64,000 nt of DNA from a virus. Taxonomy: Duplodnaviria > Caudoviricetes. Shown in pieces: positions 37,448-47,644 of the stretch (position 1 is the stretch's first letter; every line of letters starts with the position of its first letter). The stretch covers positions 1 to 64,000 of IMG/VR virus record IMGVR_UViG_3300012956_000012; one strand, given 5' to 3'. The position numbers and the translations under genes were made by a program. Under the pieces are notes generated by a model. The model was given only the letters and a program-made list of their open reading frames with translations, was not told the DNA's origin and searched no databases.

Positions 37448-40400
37448 TCATTTTTTCTTGAATATTGTCTTTTTCAGAGTACGAATCTACAAATATTAGA
37501 TTAGAATCCAAAATAGATTGTACATTACTTATTTTTTTGCCGAAGTCATCTCGAAGCATACTTGTCGTAACTCTGTTTAGAATATCTTGAGTTGTAAGTT
37601 GAGAGGCTTGTTCTGAAGTCATTCCTTTAAAGCCAAGTTGATTTGCAATCCAACTTGAAAACTCTTTTATGAAAGCTTTTACTTTTTCAATAAAAGATGT
37701 AGCTTCTTTCTCATTCATACCCATTTCCTTTGTAAAGGACTCTAAGTACTGCTCAGCATTGGCGCCAAGTAGGTTAGCTTCTAACTCCTCTTTCATTCTA
37801 GAGATATAGCCCTCTCTTGATTCACCTTGTCTTGGGTTGTACGCTTCTGAAGTTAAATCAGCTTGTGGTGATATGCCTTGTTGGAATCTCATTCGAAGTC
37901 TGTCTGCCACAGGTACGTCAGTATAAGATTCGATAAGAGACTTAGATTGTTGCTCTTCTGTCATGCCAAATCTTTTAGCCACTGCTCTCGCTGTAACCTC
38001 TCCAGCAACTTTTCTGTAAGTATCTACAAGCCAAAAGCTCTCTTGCATGTCTGAAGATAAAAAGATATTAACTGTGTCTAGTAAATAAATATCCTCTGGA
38101 TCGATTGTTTTTTCTTTAGCTTCTGCTATTTTCGATATTGCGGAAAATTTAGTATCTTCTTCTCCAATTCCTGCAAGCTTAAATCCGGCTTGTAATACGC
38201 CAGAAGGTGAAGATCCCTGTACGTAACCTTCCTCCCTTTGTATATGATGAAGGAATTCATGCGCAAGGTTTGCTCCTGCGTTAGCTCCGTTGATATTTTC
38301 ATATCCTCTATCTTGGGGAGTGTCATATCTTTCTTTTGTAGATTTTTGACCTCTTGCATCCAAGTATATAATGGATTCAGCTCGGTTATATCCATTAACT
38401 CCCGACCTGTTAAATTGTACATTAACATCTCCATACGCTTGTGTAAGTTTCGTATCTTCAACTATTTCAGATAACTTATAATTTTCTCCTAAGTTAACAC
38501 TTTTTACTTTAAATTGCAAATCTGGAATTTCCATTACCCAGTTTCCATCTAGCCTTTCCCATCCAGTTGCCTCTTTTATTTTAAGTGGAGTTATTCTTTG
38601 TACTTCCAATTTTTTAGCTAAGGCTAGGTTGTTCAGCTCTTGCTCAGTTTCTGGTATACTTAAAATACCCTTTTCACCTATAATTTGAAAAGACTCATTT
38701 CTTCTTGATCTACTTATAACTAATTGGTCCTCTAGCGGTATCCCCTCCTGTTCAGCTAAAGCTTCTTTTACTTCGCTTATAGTTACTCCGTCTAGTGTAC
38801 CACCATTGTTCAATTTTAAGTATGCTAATTCAATAGCTCTAGCTTCTACCTCTCCATAGAGCATCTCATAAGCTAACTGTGCTGCAGTGGAGTTACCATT
38901 TAATAGACCATCTACAACTACTTTTGCTGCCTGTAGAACTTTTACGTCTTCAGTCGTTAAATCTTCTTTTAATTTTTCATCTATTTTTTTAATCACTGTC
39001 GGTGATATACTAGCTCTTTCTCCAATCAATTCTGCTGCTCTTCTAACTACTGTGTAAGGGTCGCCTCCAGTTGGAAGTAGCTCTATTTCTTGGATGATGT
39101 GGGCAATCTCGTGAACGTATGATGCGACAATGCTGTCTTCCAGTGTAATTTCATTATAGGTTCTTCCAATTCCTCCAAGGTATATTCCTCTATAGGCTTC
39201 GAGAGCTCTAGCTTCATTGATCCATATTTTCGCTCCATCCTTAAAAGATGCTCTTGCAAATTGCCCTTCATCCAATCCGTACTCATGTTCTACTTTTATA
39301 TTTTTTAGTTCTGGGTAATACTTAAATAAAATGTTGTCTTCTAAAACTTCACCTAATGTGGTTTCTGTACCTACTTGGGGAAATGTATTGTTTTTAAATT
39401 TTAACTGTTTTAATACGTTTGCGTCAAAGTATGTCCATTTTCCTTTGTACTCTGACCAACCTGTTATCACTTCTACTGCTGATTTGTCTGTACCTTCTTC
39501 TAATAATTTTTTAGCTTGTTGTAATTTATTATAAGCTTCTTCATCTCTTTGGGCCCCTTGTTCACCTATAATTTGAAAAGATTCACTTCCAGAGAAGTCT
39601 AAATTATTGCTTTTGCCAAGGAAGTCGTCAAACTTTTTACTGAACACCTCTTCATTAAAACCTTCAGATACTAGTTGGTCCATTTTATCAAGCAATGTTT
39701 TTGCATCGGTATCTCCATTCGCAGCAGCTTTTTTAACTACTGGTTTGTAGAGGTGCCATAGCTCGTGTATTAACGTGTTTGAATTTAATACGTCCTCTGC
39801 CAGATAGATTTGATCTGTTGCTGGATCGTAGAAACCATATACTGTTTCTCCTTTTTTGAAGAATTGTACTCTCTCTTCAATGGTAATTGCATTCCCATCA
39901 AATACTACGTAGTTGAAACCTTGTTTTTCAGCGTTTGCTTCGTCAATAGAGAGTAAGTTGTCTTTATATTTTACACCGTCTATACCTGCCCTTAGTAAGA
40001 ACAAAGAGGCATCCTTATCCGACTCTAATATCTTTTTTATCTTCTTGTACGTAGATGCTCCGTCATTGATTGGTCCGAACTGTGTTCGTCTTGCTTCTTC
40101 TACACTTGTGCCGTCTCCTTCTATGGCTCTCCTAATAAGAGGGCTATAATCATCAAATTTGGATCTTAAGCCCTCTTTGTCAATATTCTCTAATATTTTA
40201 TTCGCATTTTCTTCGCTTAGCTTGGCATCCCACTCTAGCCAAGAATAGTCTCCTGGCTGTTTTCCTTTGTGTAGGGATACTTTGTATAAGTAATTCTTTG
40301 CGTAGTTTTTAGCGATATCCTCTAACTCAGTGAAGTATAACCCCCACCCATAATTCTGCCTACCTTTTCCTGTACCCATAGCCTCCGTTGTAAATGAAGC

Positions 40401-42653
40401 TATATCATAAGGAGACCCATGGTATGCTTCAACCATAGCTTGGATAGAATCATACCCCCTCTTCTGAAGCTCCTCTTGTACCTGTTCTGGTGTAAGGATG
40501 TTTACATTAATACCTAGATTTTTCTCCATGTATTGCGAAATCATTCTTACCTGGTCTCTTCTTTGAGTTGTAGTTGGTTTGAATGGTTCTTTTATAGAGT
40601 CTACTTTTTCCTGTACTTTTTCTGAAGTAGTTGTATCCAGGCCAAAGTTTACCGCGGACATGAAATCTTTAGCTTGTCTTGCATCAAACTTCACGTCCGT
40701 TTTTGAGTTGTAGTAAGTCGTATTGTTTTCTGTGTCTACCTGAACAAAAAGTTGTCTGTTACCCTCTACAATTACTTTTTTGTAAAGCATGTTGTTCAAC
40801 TTTTTATAAGTTCCAGCAGTATTGCTTGTTAAAATAAAAGGTCCTTCTACAAGTATGTCTGCAGTAAATGGTTGAGCCTCCTCTGGAAAATTCTGGAAGA
40901 AAGTGTCTTCGTCTAAAATAGTGCTTGAAGGTTCAGAGAGTAGATAATCCATTCCAGACTCTCTTTTCAATCTGATATAATCCTTCAATTCGGTACTCAT
41001 TTCAATATCGTCAATTGAGTCGATAGTACCTTTAATAGAGATGTCAGAGTCAGTGATCCTGAATTTAGACAAAGTTGTTCTATAAACTTCTGAGTCAGCT
41101 AATTTCTCTCGTAAAATATAGTTGTAGAAATCCTCTACAAATCTTGATTGTAGATAGTCCTTATCCGTAGTAATAGAGTTTAACTGCAACACAGCATCTT
41201 TTTTGGATGCCTTATAAATTGGTTTGTGTTCAAACACTACCTGATTTAAAGATACTTCCTCGTTTGCCTCTACTTGTAATCCTATATTTCTACTATTTAC
41301 AAATACAGCTAGTTCTTTTAATACAGCCTCTTTATTATTGATATCAGAGTTGATCTTAACCGGTGAGTTACCTTTCATCACTTGATCGTAAAGGTACTCA
41401 TACATTTGGTCTACTTGACCTCTTTGTACTTTGTGGTAAAGTTTCTCCCCGACTTTAATCAATCCATGCTCTGAGAAAAGCTCGTTGTCAGTTAAATTTG
41501 TGTCTAAGTTTACAATAGTTAGGTTACTGTAAACATCATCTAACAATTCGTATGTTACTGGACTTTGATCAGACTTCAATACTTTATCCGAAAACTGAGT
41601 TGCAAACTCTTGGATATTCGTATCTGTTGGGTCTTTTACTACCTTTGATAAACCTACTAGTAAATCAATAACACCTTGCTTGTCGTTGGACAAATCAGAT
41701 ATTCCAATTACATCTACATTGATAGAAACAAAATCACTTTCAATTTCTTTTAGTACAGTCTTAATTTGTGGTTGCATAGCTGACCAAATATTATCATCTA
41801 TGGAAACCAAATATTCTAGCTCAGCATCTATTATTGCCGGGTTTATGTTAACGCTTACAGTGTTCTTTAAAGTTGTGTAGTAAGTGTTGTCTCCTGTCGA
41901 TAGCTTGTTTCCTAAAAAGGAAACTACTGGCACCTTTTTCAGGGATTGAATTCTATCTGTAACTTTTTTCCTGAATGCCTGGCTTGAGAAGAAACTTTCT
42001 GAAAATTCTCTGAAAGAAGATTCGTTTACTGCTTCGTCTAGCGTCATTCCTTTTGCTAAATTATCAAATAATTCTTGATCAACTTCTTTTTCCGAAGCTT
42101 TAGTAAAGGAACCAAATATTGTCTTGTTCTCGCTATCCTTGTAGTAAACCTTTCCTGTCTCAGGCTCAACTGTGATATCCTCCTTTGTAAGGTGCGATTC
42201 TATCTTACTGATGATGTTTATTAAAGATTGTGGCTCCAATTCAAAAGCCTCCTCTTGCGAGTATAATCCAGACGCCACAGCTCTAGGTACACTTATCTCA
42301 AAAAAGCCGTCTGGTTTGAATACAGCATTCATTACCCCACTTAGTTTTGATAATGTTTCAATACCATTTCGTTTCATAAACTCTTTAACTTCGAAGGTCT
42401 CTCTTGTAGAAAGCCTTTCCATTACAGGTGTCGTATAAAACTTAAACACATCTGCCAAAGTAGCGTCTGACTGACTTTTTCCAGTTGCAGTTTCAAACTC
42501 TGGTAAGTAAGAAGAAGCCCATAAATTAAGGGCCTCTTCCTGACTTTGTGTATATCTTAGTGCGTCAGCATACAATTTGTTAACTGTTCCGTCTTCGTTT
42601 GTTACAATCTTATCTCCAGATGGAGTGATTGTTATTTTGCATTTTAATCCCAT
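37434..42653 (-). CDS. polyvalent virion protein: ADP-ribosyltransferase-like domain, three HExxH metallopeptidase domains, two LPD23-like domains
   Basis: AYHGSP...YGWGLYFT...GIDGVKY...NYVVFD; IHELWH, VHEIAH, AHEFLH; two ESFQIIGE...TGW...GxW modules; ATG 42653 overlaps the upstream TGA. Confidence 0.78.
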   Translation of the reverse strand: MGLKCKITITPSGDKIVTNEDGTVNKLYADALRYTQSQEEALNLWASSYLPEFETATGKSQSDATLADVFKFYTTPVMERLSTRETFEVKEFMKRNGIETLSKLSGVMNAVFKPDGFFEISVPRAVASGLYSQEEAFELEPQSLINIISKIESHLTKEDITVEPETGKVYYKDSENKTIFGSFTKASEKEVDQELFDNLAKGMTLDEAVNESSFREFSESFFSSQAFRKKVTDRIQSLKKVPVVSFLGNKLSTGDNTYYTTLKNTVSVNINPAIIDAELEYLVSIDDNIWSAMQPQIKTVLKEIESDFVSINVDVIGISDLSNDKQGVIDLLVGLSKVVKDPTDTNIQEFATQFSDKVLKSDQSPVTYELLDDVYSNLTIVNLDTNLTDNELFSEHGLIKVGEKLYHKVQRGQVDQMYEYLYDQVMKGNSPVKINSDINNKEAVLKELAVFVNSRNIGLQVEANEEVSLNQVVFEHKPIYKASKKDAVLQLNSITTDKDYLQSRFVEDFYNYILREKLADSEVYRTTLSKFRITDSDISIKGTIDSIDDIEMSTELKDYIRLKRESGMDYLLSEPSSTILDEDTFFQNFPEEAQPFTADILVEGPFILTSNTAGTYKKLNNMLYKKVIVEGNRQLFVQVDTENNTTYYNSKTDVKFDARQAKDFMSAVNFGLDTTTSEKVQEKVDSIKEPFKPTTTQRRDQVRMISQYMEKNLGINVNILTPEQVQEELQKRGYDSIQAMVEAYHGSPYDIASFTTEAMGTGKGRQNYGWGLYFTELEDIAKNYAKNYLYKVSLHKGKQPGDYSWLEWDAKLSEENANKILENIDKEGLRSKFDDYSPLIRRAIEGDGTSVEEARRTQFGPINDGASTYKKIKKILESDKDASLFLLRAGIDGVKYKDNLLSIDEANAEKQGFNYVVFDGNAITIEERVQFFKKGETVYGFYDPATDQIYLAEDVLNSNTLIHELWHLYKPVVKKAAANGDTDAKTLLDKMDQLVSEGFNEEVFSKKFDDFLGKSNNLDFSGSESFQIIGEQGAQRDEEAYNKLQQAKKLLEEGTDKSAVEVITGWSEYKGKWTYFDANVLKQLKFKNNTFPQVGTETTLGEVLEDNILFKYYPELKNIKVEHEYGLDEGQFARASFKDGAKIWINEARALEAYRGIYLGGIGRTYNEITLEDSIVASYVHEIAHIIQEIELLPTGGDPYTVVRRAAELIGERASISPTVIKKIDEKLKEDLTTEDVKVLQAAKVVVDGLLNGNSTAAQLAYEMLYGEVEARAIELAYLKLNNGGTLDGVTISEVKEALAEQEGIPLEDQLVISRSRRNESFQIIGEKGILSIPETEQELNNLALAKKLEVQRITPLKIKEATGWERLDGNWVMEIPDLQFKVKSVNLGENYKLSEIVEDTKLTQAYGDVNVQFNRSGVNGYNRAESIIYLDARGQKSTKERYDTPQDRGYENINGANAGANLAHEFLHHIQREEGYVQGSSPSGVLQAGFKLAGIGEEDTKFSAISKIAEAKEKTIDPEDIYLLDTVNIFLSSDMQESFWLVDTYRKVAGEVTARAVAKRFGMTEEQQSKSLIESYTDVPVADRLRMRFQQGISPQADLTSEAYNPRQGESREGYISRMKEELEANLLGANAEQYLESFTKEMGMNEKEATSFIEKVKAFIKEFSSWIANQLGFKGMTSEQASQLTTQDILNRVTTSMLRDDFGKKISNVQSILDSNLIFVDSYSEKDNIQEKMNACG
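38673..39581. repeat. 21-bp perfect direct repeat marking the starts of two tandem protein modules
   Basis: ttcacctataatttgaaaaga at 38673-38693 and 39561-39581 (888 bp apart, in frame). Confidence 0.9.
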
Positions 42654-45600
42654 CAACAGTTTTTGTTACGTTCTTCTTCTGCTTTTAGTTCGGCATCTCT
42701 TGCCTCTTGGTACTTAGCCATCATCTCATCCATTTGAGGTTTTGTAAGTGGCTCTGATTTTGCACCAGATACTTCTACCTCTAAGTCTTTCAAATTGAAT
42801 TGAATCTTAGGTGAGTGGAATGGCCTGCTCAAATTGATATCTATTGTTGCCTGTTCTTTTAAGATATCTTTGATGTTTACTTTCCCATCTAACCAACTAT
42901 CAAGGTTGTAAAAGTACGAAATAGAATTCAACTGTGCAAGTTTCTTATTGAAAAACTCAGTATTTAAGTTTGATCCCCCGATGATTACAAAGGAATCTCC
43001 AGGTTTTTTAATGTCAATACCTTTGCTTGCCATATATCTGTTTAGCGCAATTACCTTGTCTGTTTCAGTAGCATTTGACTTAAAAATATCTTTAAATTCT
43101 TGATGGTCTGTTTTTTCAGTTTCATTTACTTTTACTGGGTAAGCTACTCTTTTTTTACCTACTTGTATTACAACAAATGCAACTCTCGATTTATCAGCTC
43201 TATCTATGTATTTCTGTAAGAATGTTGTGTCTAGCCCTTTTACTCCTGATCTAGTCTTATATCCTCCATTCTCAACAAATCCAATATCCTTTACTTTTTT
43301 GACATCTTGATCTGTGAATGATCTACTTTCTATTGCTACGGAATTGTCTTCAGTTTTAACCATATTATAATTAGGGTGTCCTAAAAATATTTTAGTTACT
43401 GTTACCTCTAATCCAGTGTCAATTACCTTCCCAGACAACATGTCGTCAAGTGTACTTGGATCTCCAAAAACTTGATCTCTTAGTGTAGTGAACTTCTCAT
43501 CTTCTTTAGTTCGGCCACCTGCCTTTCTTTTTTGTTTCAAAACTCCACAGAAAGCTCCTTCTTTATTTCTTAACCGGATTACTCCTTCTTTTTGAAGCCT
43601 TTCAATCACTAGGTCTTGTGGTGTTTCTGCTAAAATCCTTTTATTATAAGGATCGTTAGGGTCTACTTCTAAAGACAGTTTCTCTTTTTCTTGAGTGTTG
43701 TATGCTGCATTAACATCCATGTGCTCAGCGAAATCTTGAGCAAAAGGACTTTTTAACGGTTCAGAAGTTGTCTCAGTATGTTTTTCTATGAAACTATAAT
43801 TAGTCGTTAAATTTTTATTGGTAGGAAGTATTGATAAGTTAGTGGCATTATTAATTCTTGTTAGCAATGTAGGGTCTTCCTTATCATTAAGAAGTATATT
43901 GTTTGTTTCTTCTTGAACTTCAAAGGGGATATCCATACCTAACTCATCAATGAAATCTTCTGGTGAAATTCCTGAAATCTCGATAAGCCCCTTTTTATTC
44001 CTAGCAACAGTTACTGAATCATAAATCTGCGCTTTGTCATAATGTACTCTACCAACTTTATCTCCAAAATCAACACCCTCAATAATCTCTTGACTGGTTT
44101 GATTAGCTACAACTTGTACTTCTTCTACATCGATAGATTCTAGCATAGCTTTCTGTCTAAGCAAGTCACTTAGTCTTAATCCTTCTGCTACTGTCCCTGT
44201 TACAAAAAGCCATTGATCAATTTCATCCTCAAGAGTGTCTTTCTCTGCTTGTTCAGCTTCTGATAAACCTTCTTCCTCATCTTTGATCAATAGTTCGTTT
44301 AATCGAACATACTCTGGGGAATCTATAATTTTAAGGTTTTCAACTGCGGTAGTTAGTTCTTTTTCTAACTCTGCAATCCTATCGTCTATTTCTTGGCTTG
44401 ACTGATCGCTATTGCTATCATCTGCTTTTTGCTGCGTGGTTTCCCGTTCGATCCCCTTTCCTTCCCCTTCTTCTTGTTGTCTTTCGACAATTCCCTGAGG
44501 TTGTACTGAATCGCCTGGTTCACGGCCTTCTTGCTCTTGTTTTTGCTTTTCTTCAATGGCATTTTTCTTCGCTTTGAGTTCTTTTATCTTTTCATTGATA
44601 GATGTCACTTTTCTTGAGGTAGCAACATCTCCTCTTAAATATTCTACTTGGTTTAATATCGATGCAATAGCCTTATCAATAGCTTCAACATTATCTAAAT
44701 CTTCTGCCTTTATATTTAAAGACTCTTTTAAACGAACAGTATCTCCTTCCAAAGGATCATTTGACTGTTCCACTTGAGAGTTAAGTTCGATTACTGTTTC
44801 AGTTGCTTCTTTTACTTCTTTGTTTAACTGCTCAACATTTAAAAGCATTCTCAACAAAGTGTCAATTTTATGCTTCTCCCTTTCAGAAAGTTGGTCAGAA
44901 TTTTTTAATTTAGATTCAATCTCCAAATCAATAGCTTCTTGTCCTCGTATACCTGGAACTTTCAAGGCTATGTCCATAAACTTGTTGTTCTCCTTAATAG
45001 CTTTTCTAAGTTCAGATGTCATTTCATAAGGAGTCCCAATAATCATATTCAAGAGTCCCTTACCTTTTTTAGTTGAGAAGAAGTCTGTACTCGCTATGTC
45101 TCTTACTAGGTTAGAAGTTTCTCGGTGGAAGTCAGAATACTTTTTAAATCTTTCTACCATGTCCTCAATGGAGTCTGCATCAAAACTTCTTCCATTTCTT
45201 CTAAGTGCTGCTACGTAATCTTCTAACTTATCTATTTCAGAGATAGCTCCCATTACATCAGGAGTTGTTTGGAAGATACTTTCTGTTGGATTTACAGTGC
45301 TTGTTTTATAATCGGCTCCTAGTGTTTGTTCAATTTGTTCTTTCTCTTTTTCTAGTTGAGTAATTTGTTGTTGAACCAATACTAGTTTCTCTGCTGTCAT
45401 TTGCTGGCGGCGTCTTGCGGTCTCTGGTTTTAAGTTTCGCTTACCTTCTACCTGCACTTGAGATGCTTGCATACCATAAGATACAGCTCGCTCTCTTAGA
45501 TCGTTTAATCTTTTTTCCTTATTCTTTAAATCACTTAGTAATGTTTTTTGACTTGCTTTTAGAGAGTTGACAAACTCCATGTGATCGAAAAGTCCTGTAG

Positions 45601-47644
45601 ATCCTACCATGGTTTCAATCTCTGATGCCAATTTTCTAGCATTGCTTAAAGCACTTTGACCAGTGTGTAAACTCGTTATTAAAGCGTCTTCAACTTCAAT
45701 AGTATTACCAATAGGCATTTTTAGATTTCTTCCTACATTTAAAGCCTCTACAGTTGCCTTAGCTTTTTGGTAGTTTTCTAAATTTCTAGAGAACTGTTCT
45801 TTTAGATTTGATTTATATGCGTTAACATTATCCCCTAATAAATCCAGAGCTGCAGCATCAAGCTGCATGTGATCTATAATAGCATTATAATCTTCCTTAA
45901 TTTGTCCACTTGTTTTTAGATGAGATTGGCTTTTGATGAACTCGACATCCATCATCGAATCATTAATAGAAGTGTCAGATCCATTTTCAATACCTTGTTC
46001 TATCTGATTTCTAAACGCTCTGACAGAAGAGGCTCTATTCATGTTTCGAAGTGTATTAACTCCTCTGTTGACTTCCTCCACTTTAGATTGCAAAGAAGCT
46101 TGGGCTGCTTTTCTAGAGTTTTTACCAATAAACCCTAAACCTCTCTCCTGAACGGATCCAACTCCCCAACCAATTAACATACCAATACCCATTTCCTTCC
46201 AGCCCTCTTTGGTTCCATATTGTTCGGACAACGCTTGAGTAAAGCTTGAAAAGAGTGATAGTGAGGAGTCATTGTTTGGATCGTATTTTGCATTAAGGTA
46301 ATTCTGCATAGTCTTTCCTGCTACACCTTGCATACCTTCTTCATAGATACCCTCTACTGAAGCCTTGCCTAAAGTCTTGTAAATGTTTCCAGTAAATCTT
46401 TGAGCTCTTGATGCTTCTTTTACAGCCAATGTTCCTATCTCGTCTCCTGACTCTAATCCTAGCCCAATTACTTTATTCAACCTGTTTGTGGTAGACTTTG
46501 TAATGTTTTGCATTGAACTTGCAAAAGGATTTTTAACATTAAAAGCCTTTCCAAACATAGCTGCATTGGATACAGAGAGGATTGCCATATTAGCAGCAAA
46601 CACTCCATTTGCAGCTCCAGTAGCTTCTTGTAAGAACTTAGAGTATTCCTCATCAGTTGGCTGCCTACCATTCTTTTCCTCGAACGATTCTAAATATGTT
46701 GATACAGCGTCTTTAAAGTTATGCCTAGCTTCCATTCCAGCTTCAAATCCGGATGTTCTTGCTAAGAATAATCCGGTGTCAACAGCAGAGCCTGCAGTAG
46801 TTAAATAACGAGCTTTATTCAGTGATTTTATTAAATCAACACTTCCTTCGAATTTTTCTAAATCTTTTGCTTTGTCTAAAATTTTACCTGTACTTACAAC
46901 TGTCTTAGGTGCTCCAAAGAAAGTTTTACCTTTTGACATGTAATTAGTAGGGTCAAGAATCTCCTCTGCTCCTTCTTTTGCAGCTGTTTTTAAAAAAGAC
47001 TTGGCACCAGCTTTAAAGCTTAATTTAGCTGCTGATCCTGCAAATGTTGCTCCACCAGTTAAAAATCCTAAACCTATCTCTGGAAGTAATGCACCTCCAA
47101 CGAAAGCTAGAGCTCCTGCAGCGTCATTGGCCCAAAAGTTAGCTGTACCTAAAGATGATAAAAACCCTTTAGACTTCTGTTCATCTGAATAGTAGTTTGG
47201 AAGCTTGTAGTCTAATTGTTTATTCCAATCATCTAACTTATTTGAGAAGTCATTGTTCCAGTAACCCTCCCATGATCCTTCTTTAATTGCATTGATTGCA
47301 CCATATACAGTTCCTACTGTTGCATCAAGTACGTAGTTTCCAGTTTTTCTAGCGTTTTTTAACAGACCATTAGTCCACTGATCTAAAGCTGATTGTTGCT
47401 TAGCTAATCGATCTTCATTGCCTACAGCTCCTAAGTAGTTTTCGAATTTTGCAACATAAGTTCCATCAGATAGCCTATCGTATATAGCACTAGTTGGTAC
47501 ATCATACTCAACCGGTTTCAACTCATTTTTCGTAGTTGAAAACTTAATTGGGCCTTTAAAAGAATCTAAAGGATTTGCGTTAGGGTTTTTCACTTCCTGT
47601 CCAGATACTCTGGCAAGAATTGAATCAAAACTTTCTAATGACAT
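42653..47644 (-). CDS. giant virion (putative ejection/channel) protein
   Basis: 1663 aa; Gly/Ala-rich hydrophobic N-terminal segments, EGIYEEGMQ motif, long coiled coils. Confidence 0.7.
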   Translation of the reverse strand: MSLESFDSILARVSGQEVKNPNANPLDSFKGPIKFSTTKNELKPVEYDVPTSAIYDRLSDGTYVAKFENYLGAVGNEDRLAKQQSALDQWTNGLLKNARKTGNYVLDATVGTVYGAINAIKEGSWEGYWNNDFSNKLDDWNKQLDYKLPNYYSDEQKSKGFLSSLGTANFWANDAAGALAFVGGALLPEIGLGFLTGGATFAGSAAKLSFKAGAKSFLKTAAKEGAEEILDPTNYMSKGKTFFGAPKTVVSTGKILDKAKDLEKFEGSVDLIKSLNKARYLTTAGSAVDTGLFLARTSGFEAGMEARHNFKDAVSTYLESFEEKNGRQPTDEEYSKFLQEATGAANGVFAANMAILSVSNAAMFGKAFNVKNPFASSMQNITKSTTNRLNKVIGLGLESGDEIGTLAVKEASRAQRFTGNIYKTLGKASVEGIYEEGMQGVAGKTMQNYLNAKYDPNNDSSLSLFSSFTQALSEQYGTKEGWKEMGIGMLIGWGVGSVQERGLGFIGKNSRKAAQASLQSKVEEVNRGVNTLRNMNRASSVRAFRNQIEQGIENGSDTSINDSMMDVEFIKSQSHLKTSGQIKEDYNAIIDHMQLDAAALDLLGDNVNAYKSNLKEQFSRNLENYQKAKATVEALNVGRNLKMPIGNTIEVEDALITSLHTGQSALSNARKLASEIETMVGSTGLFDHMEFVNSLKASQKTLLSDLKNKEKRLNDLRERAVSYGMQASQVQVEGKRNLKPETARRRQQMTAEKLVLVQQQITQLEKEKEQIEQTLGADYKTSTVNPTESIFQTTPDVMGAISEIDKLEDYVAALRRNGRSFDADSIEDMVERFKKYSDFHRETSNLVRDIASTDFFSTKKGKGLLNMIIGTPYEMTSELRKAIKENNKFMDIALKVPGIRGQEAIDLEIESKLKNSDQLSEREKHKIDTLLRMLLNVEQLNKEVKEATETVIELNSQVEQSNDPLEGDTVRLKESLNIKAEDLDNVEAIDKAIASILNQVEYLRGDVATSRKVTSINEKIKELKAKKNAIEEKQKQEQEGREPGDSVQPQGIVERQQEEGEGKGIERETTQQKADDSNSDQSSQEIDDRIAELEKELTTAVENLKIIDSPEYVRLNELLIKDEEEGLSEAEQAEKDTLEDEIDQWLFVTGTVAEGLRLSDLLRQKAMLESIDVEEVQVVANQTSQEIIEGVDFGDKVGRVHYDKAQIYDSVTVARNKKGLIEISGISPEDFIDELGMDIPFEVQEETNNILLNDKEDPTLLTRINNATNLSILPTNKNLTTNYSFIEKHTETTSEPLKSPFAQDFAEHMDVNAAYNTQEKEKLSLEVDPNDPYNKRILAETPQDLVIERLQKEGVIRLRNKEGAFCGVLKQKRKAGGRTKEDEKFTTLRDQVFGDPSTLDDMLSGKVIDTGLEVTVTKIFLGHPNYNMVKTEDNSVAIESRSFTDQDVKKVKDIGFVENGGYKTRSGVKGLDTTFLQKYIDRADKSRVAFVVIQVGKKRVAYPVKVNETEKTDHQEFKDIFKSNATETDKVIALNRYMASKGIDIKKPGDSFVIIGGSNLNTEFFNKKLAQLNSISYFYNLDSWLDGKVNIKDILKEQATIDINLSRPFHSPKIQFNLKDLEVEVSGAKSEPLTKPQMDEMMAKYQEARDAELKAEEERNKNC

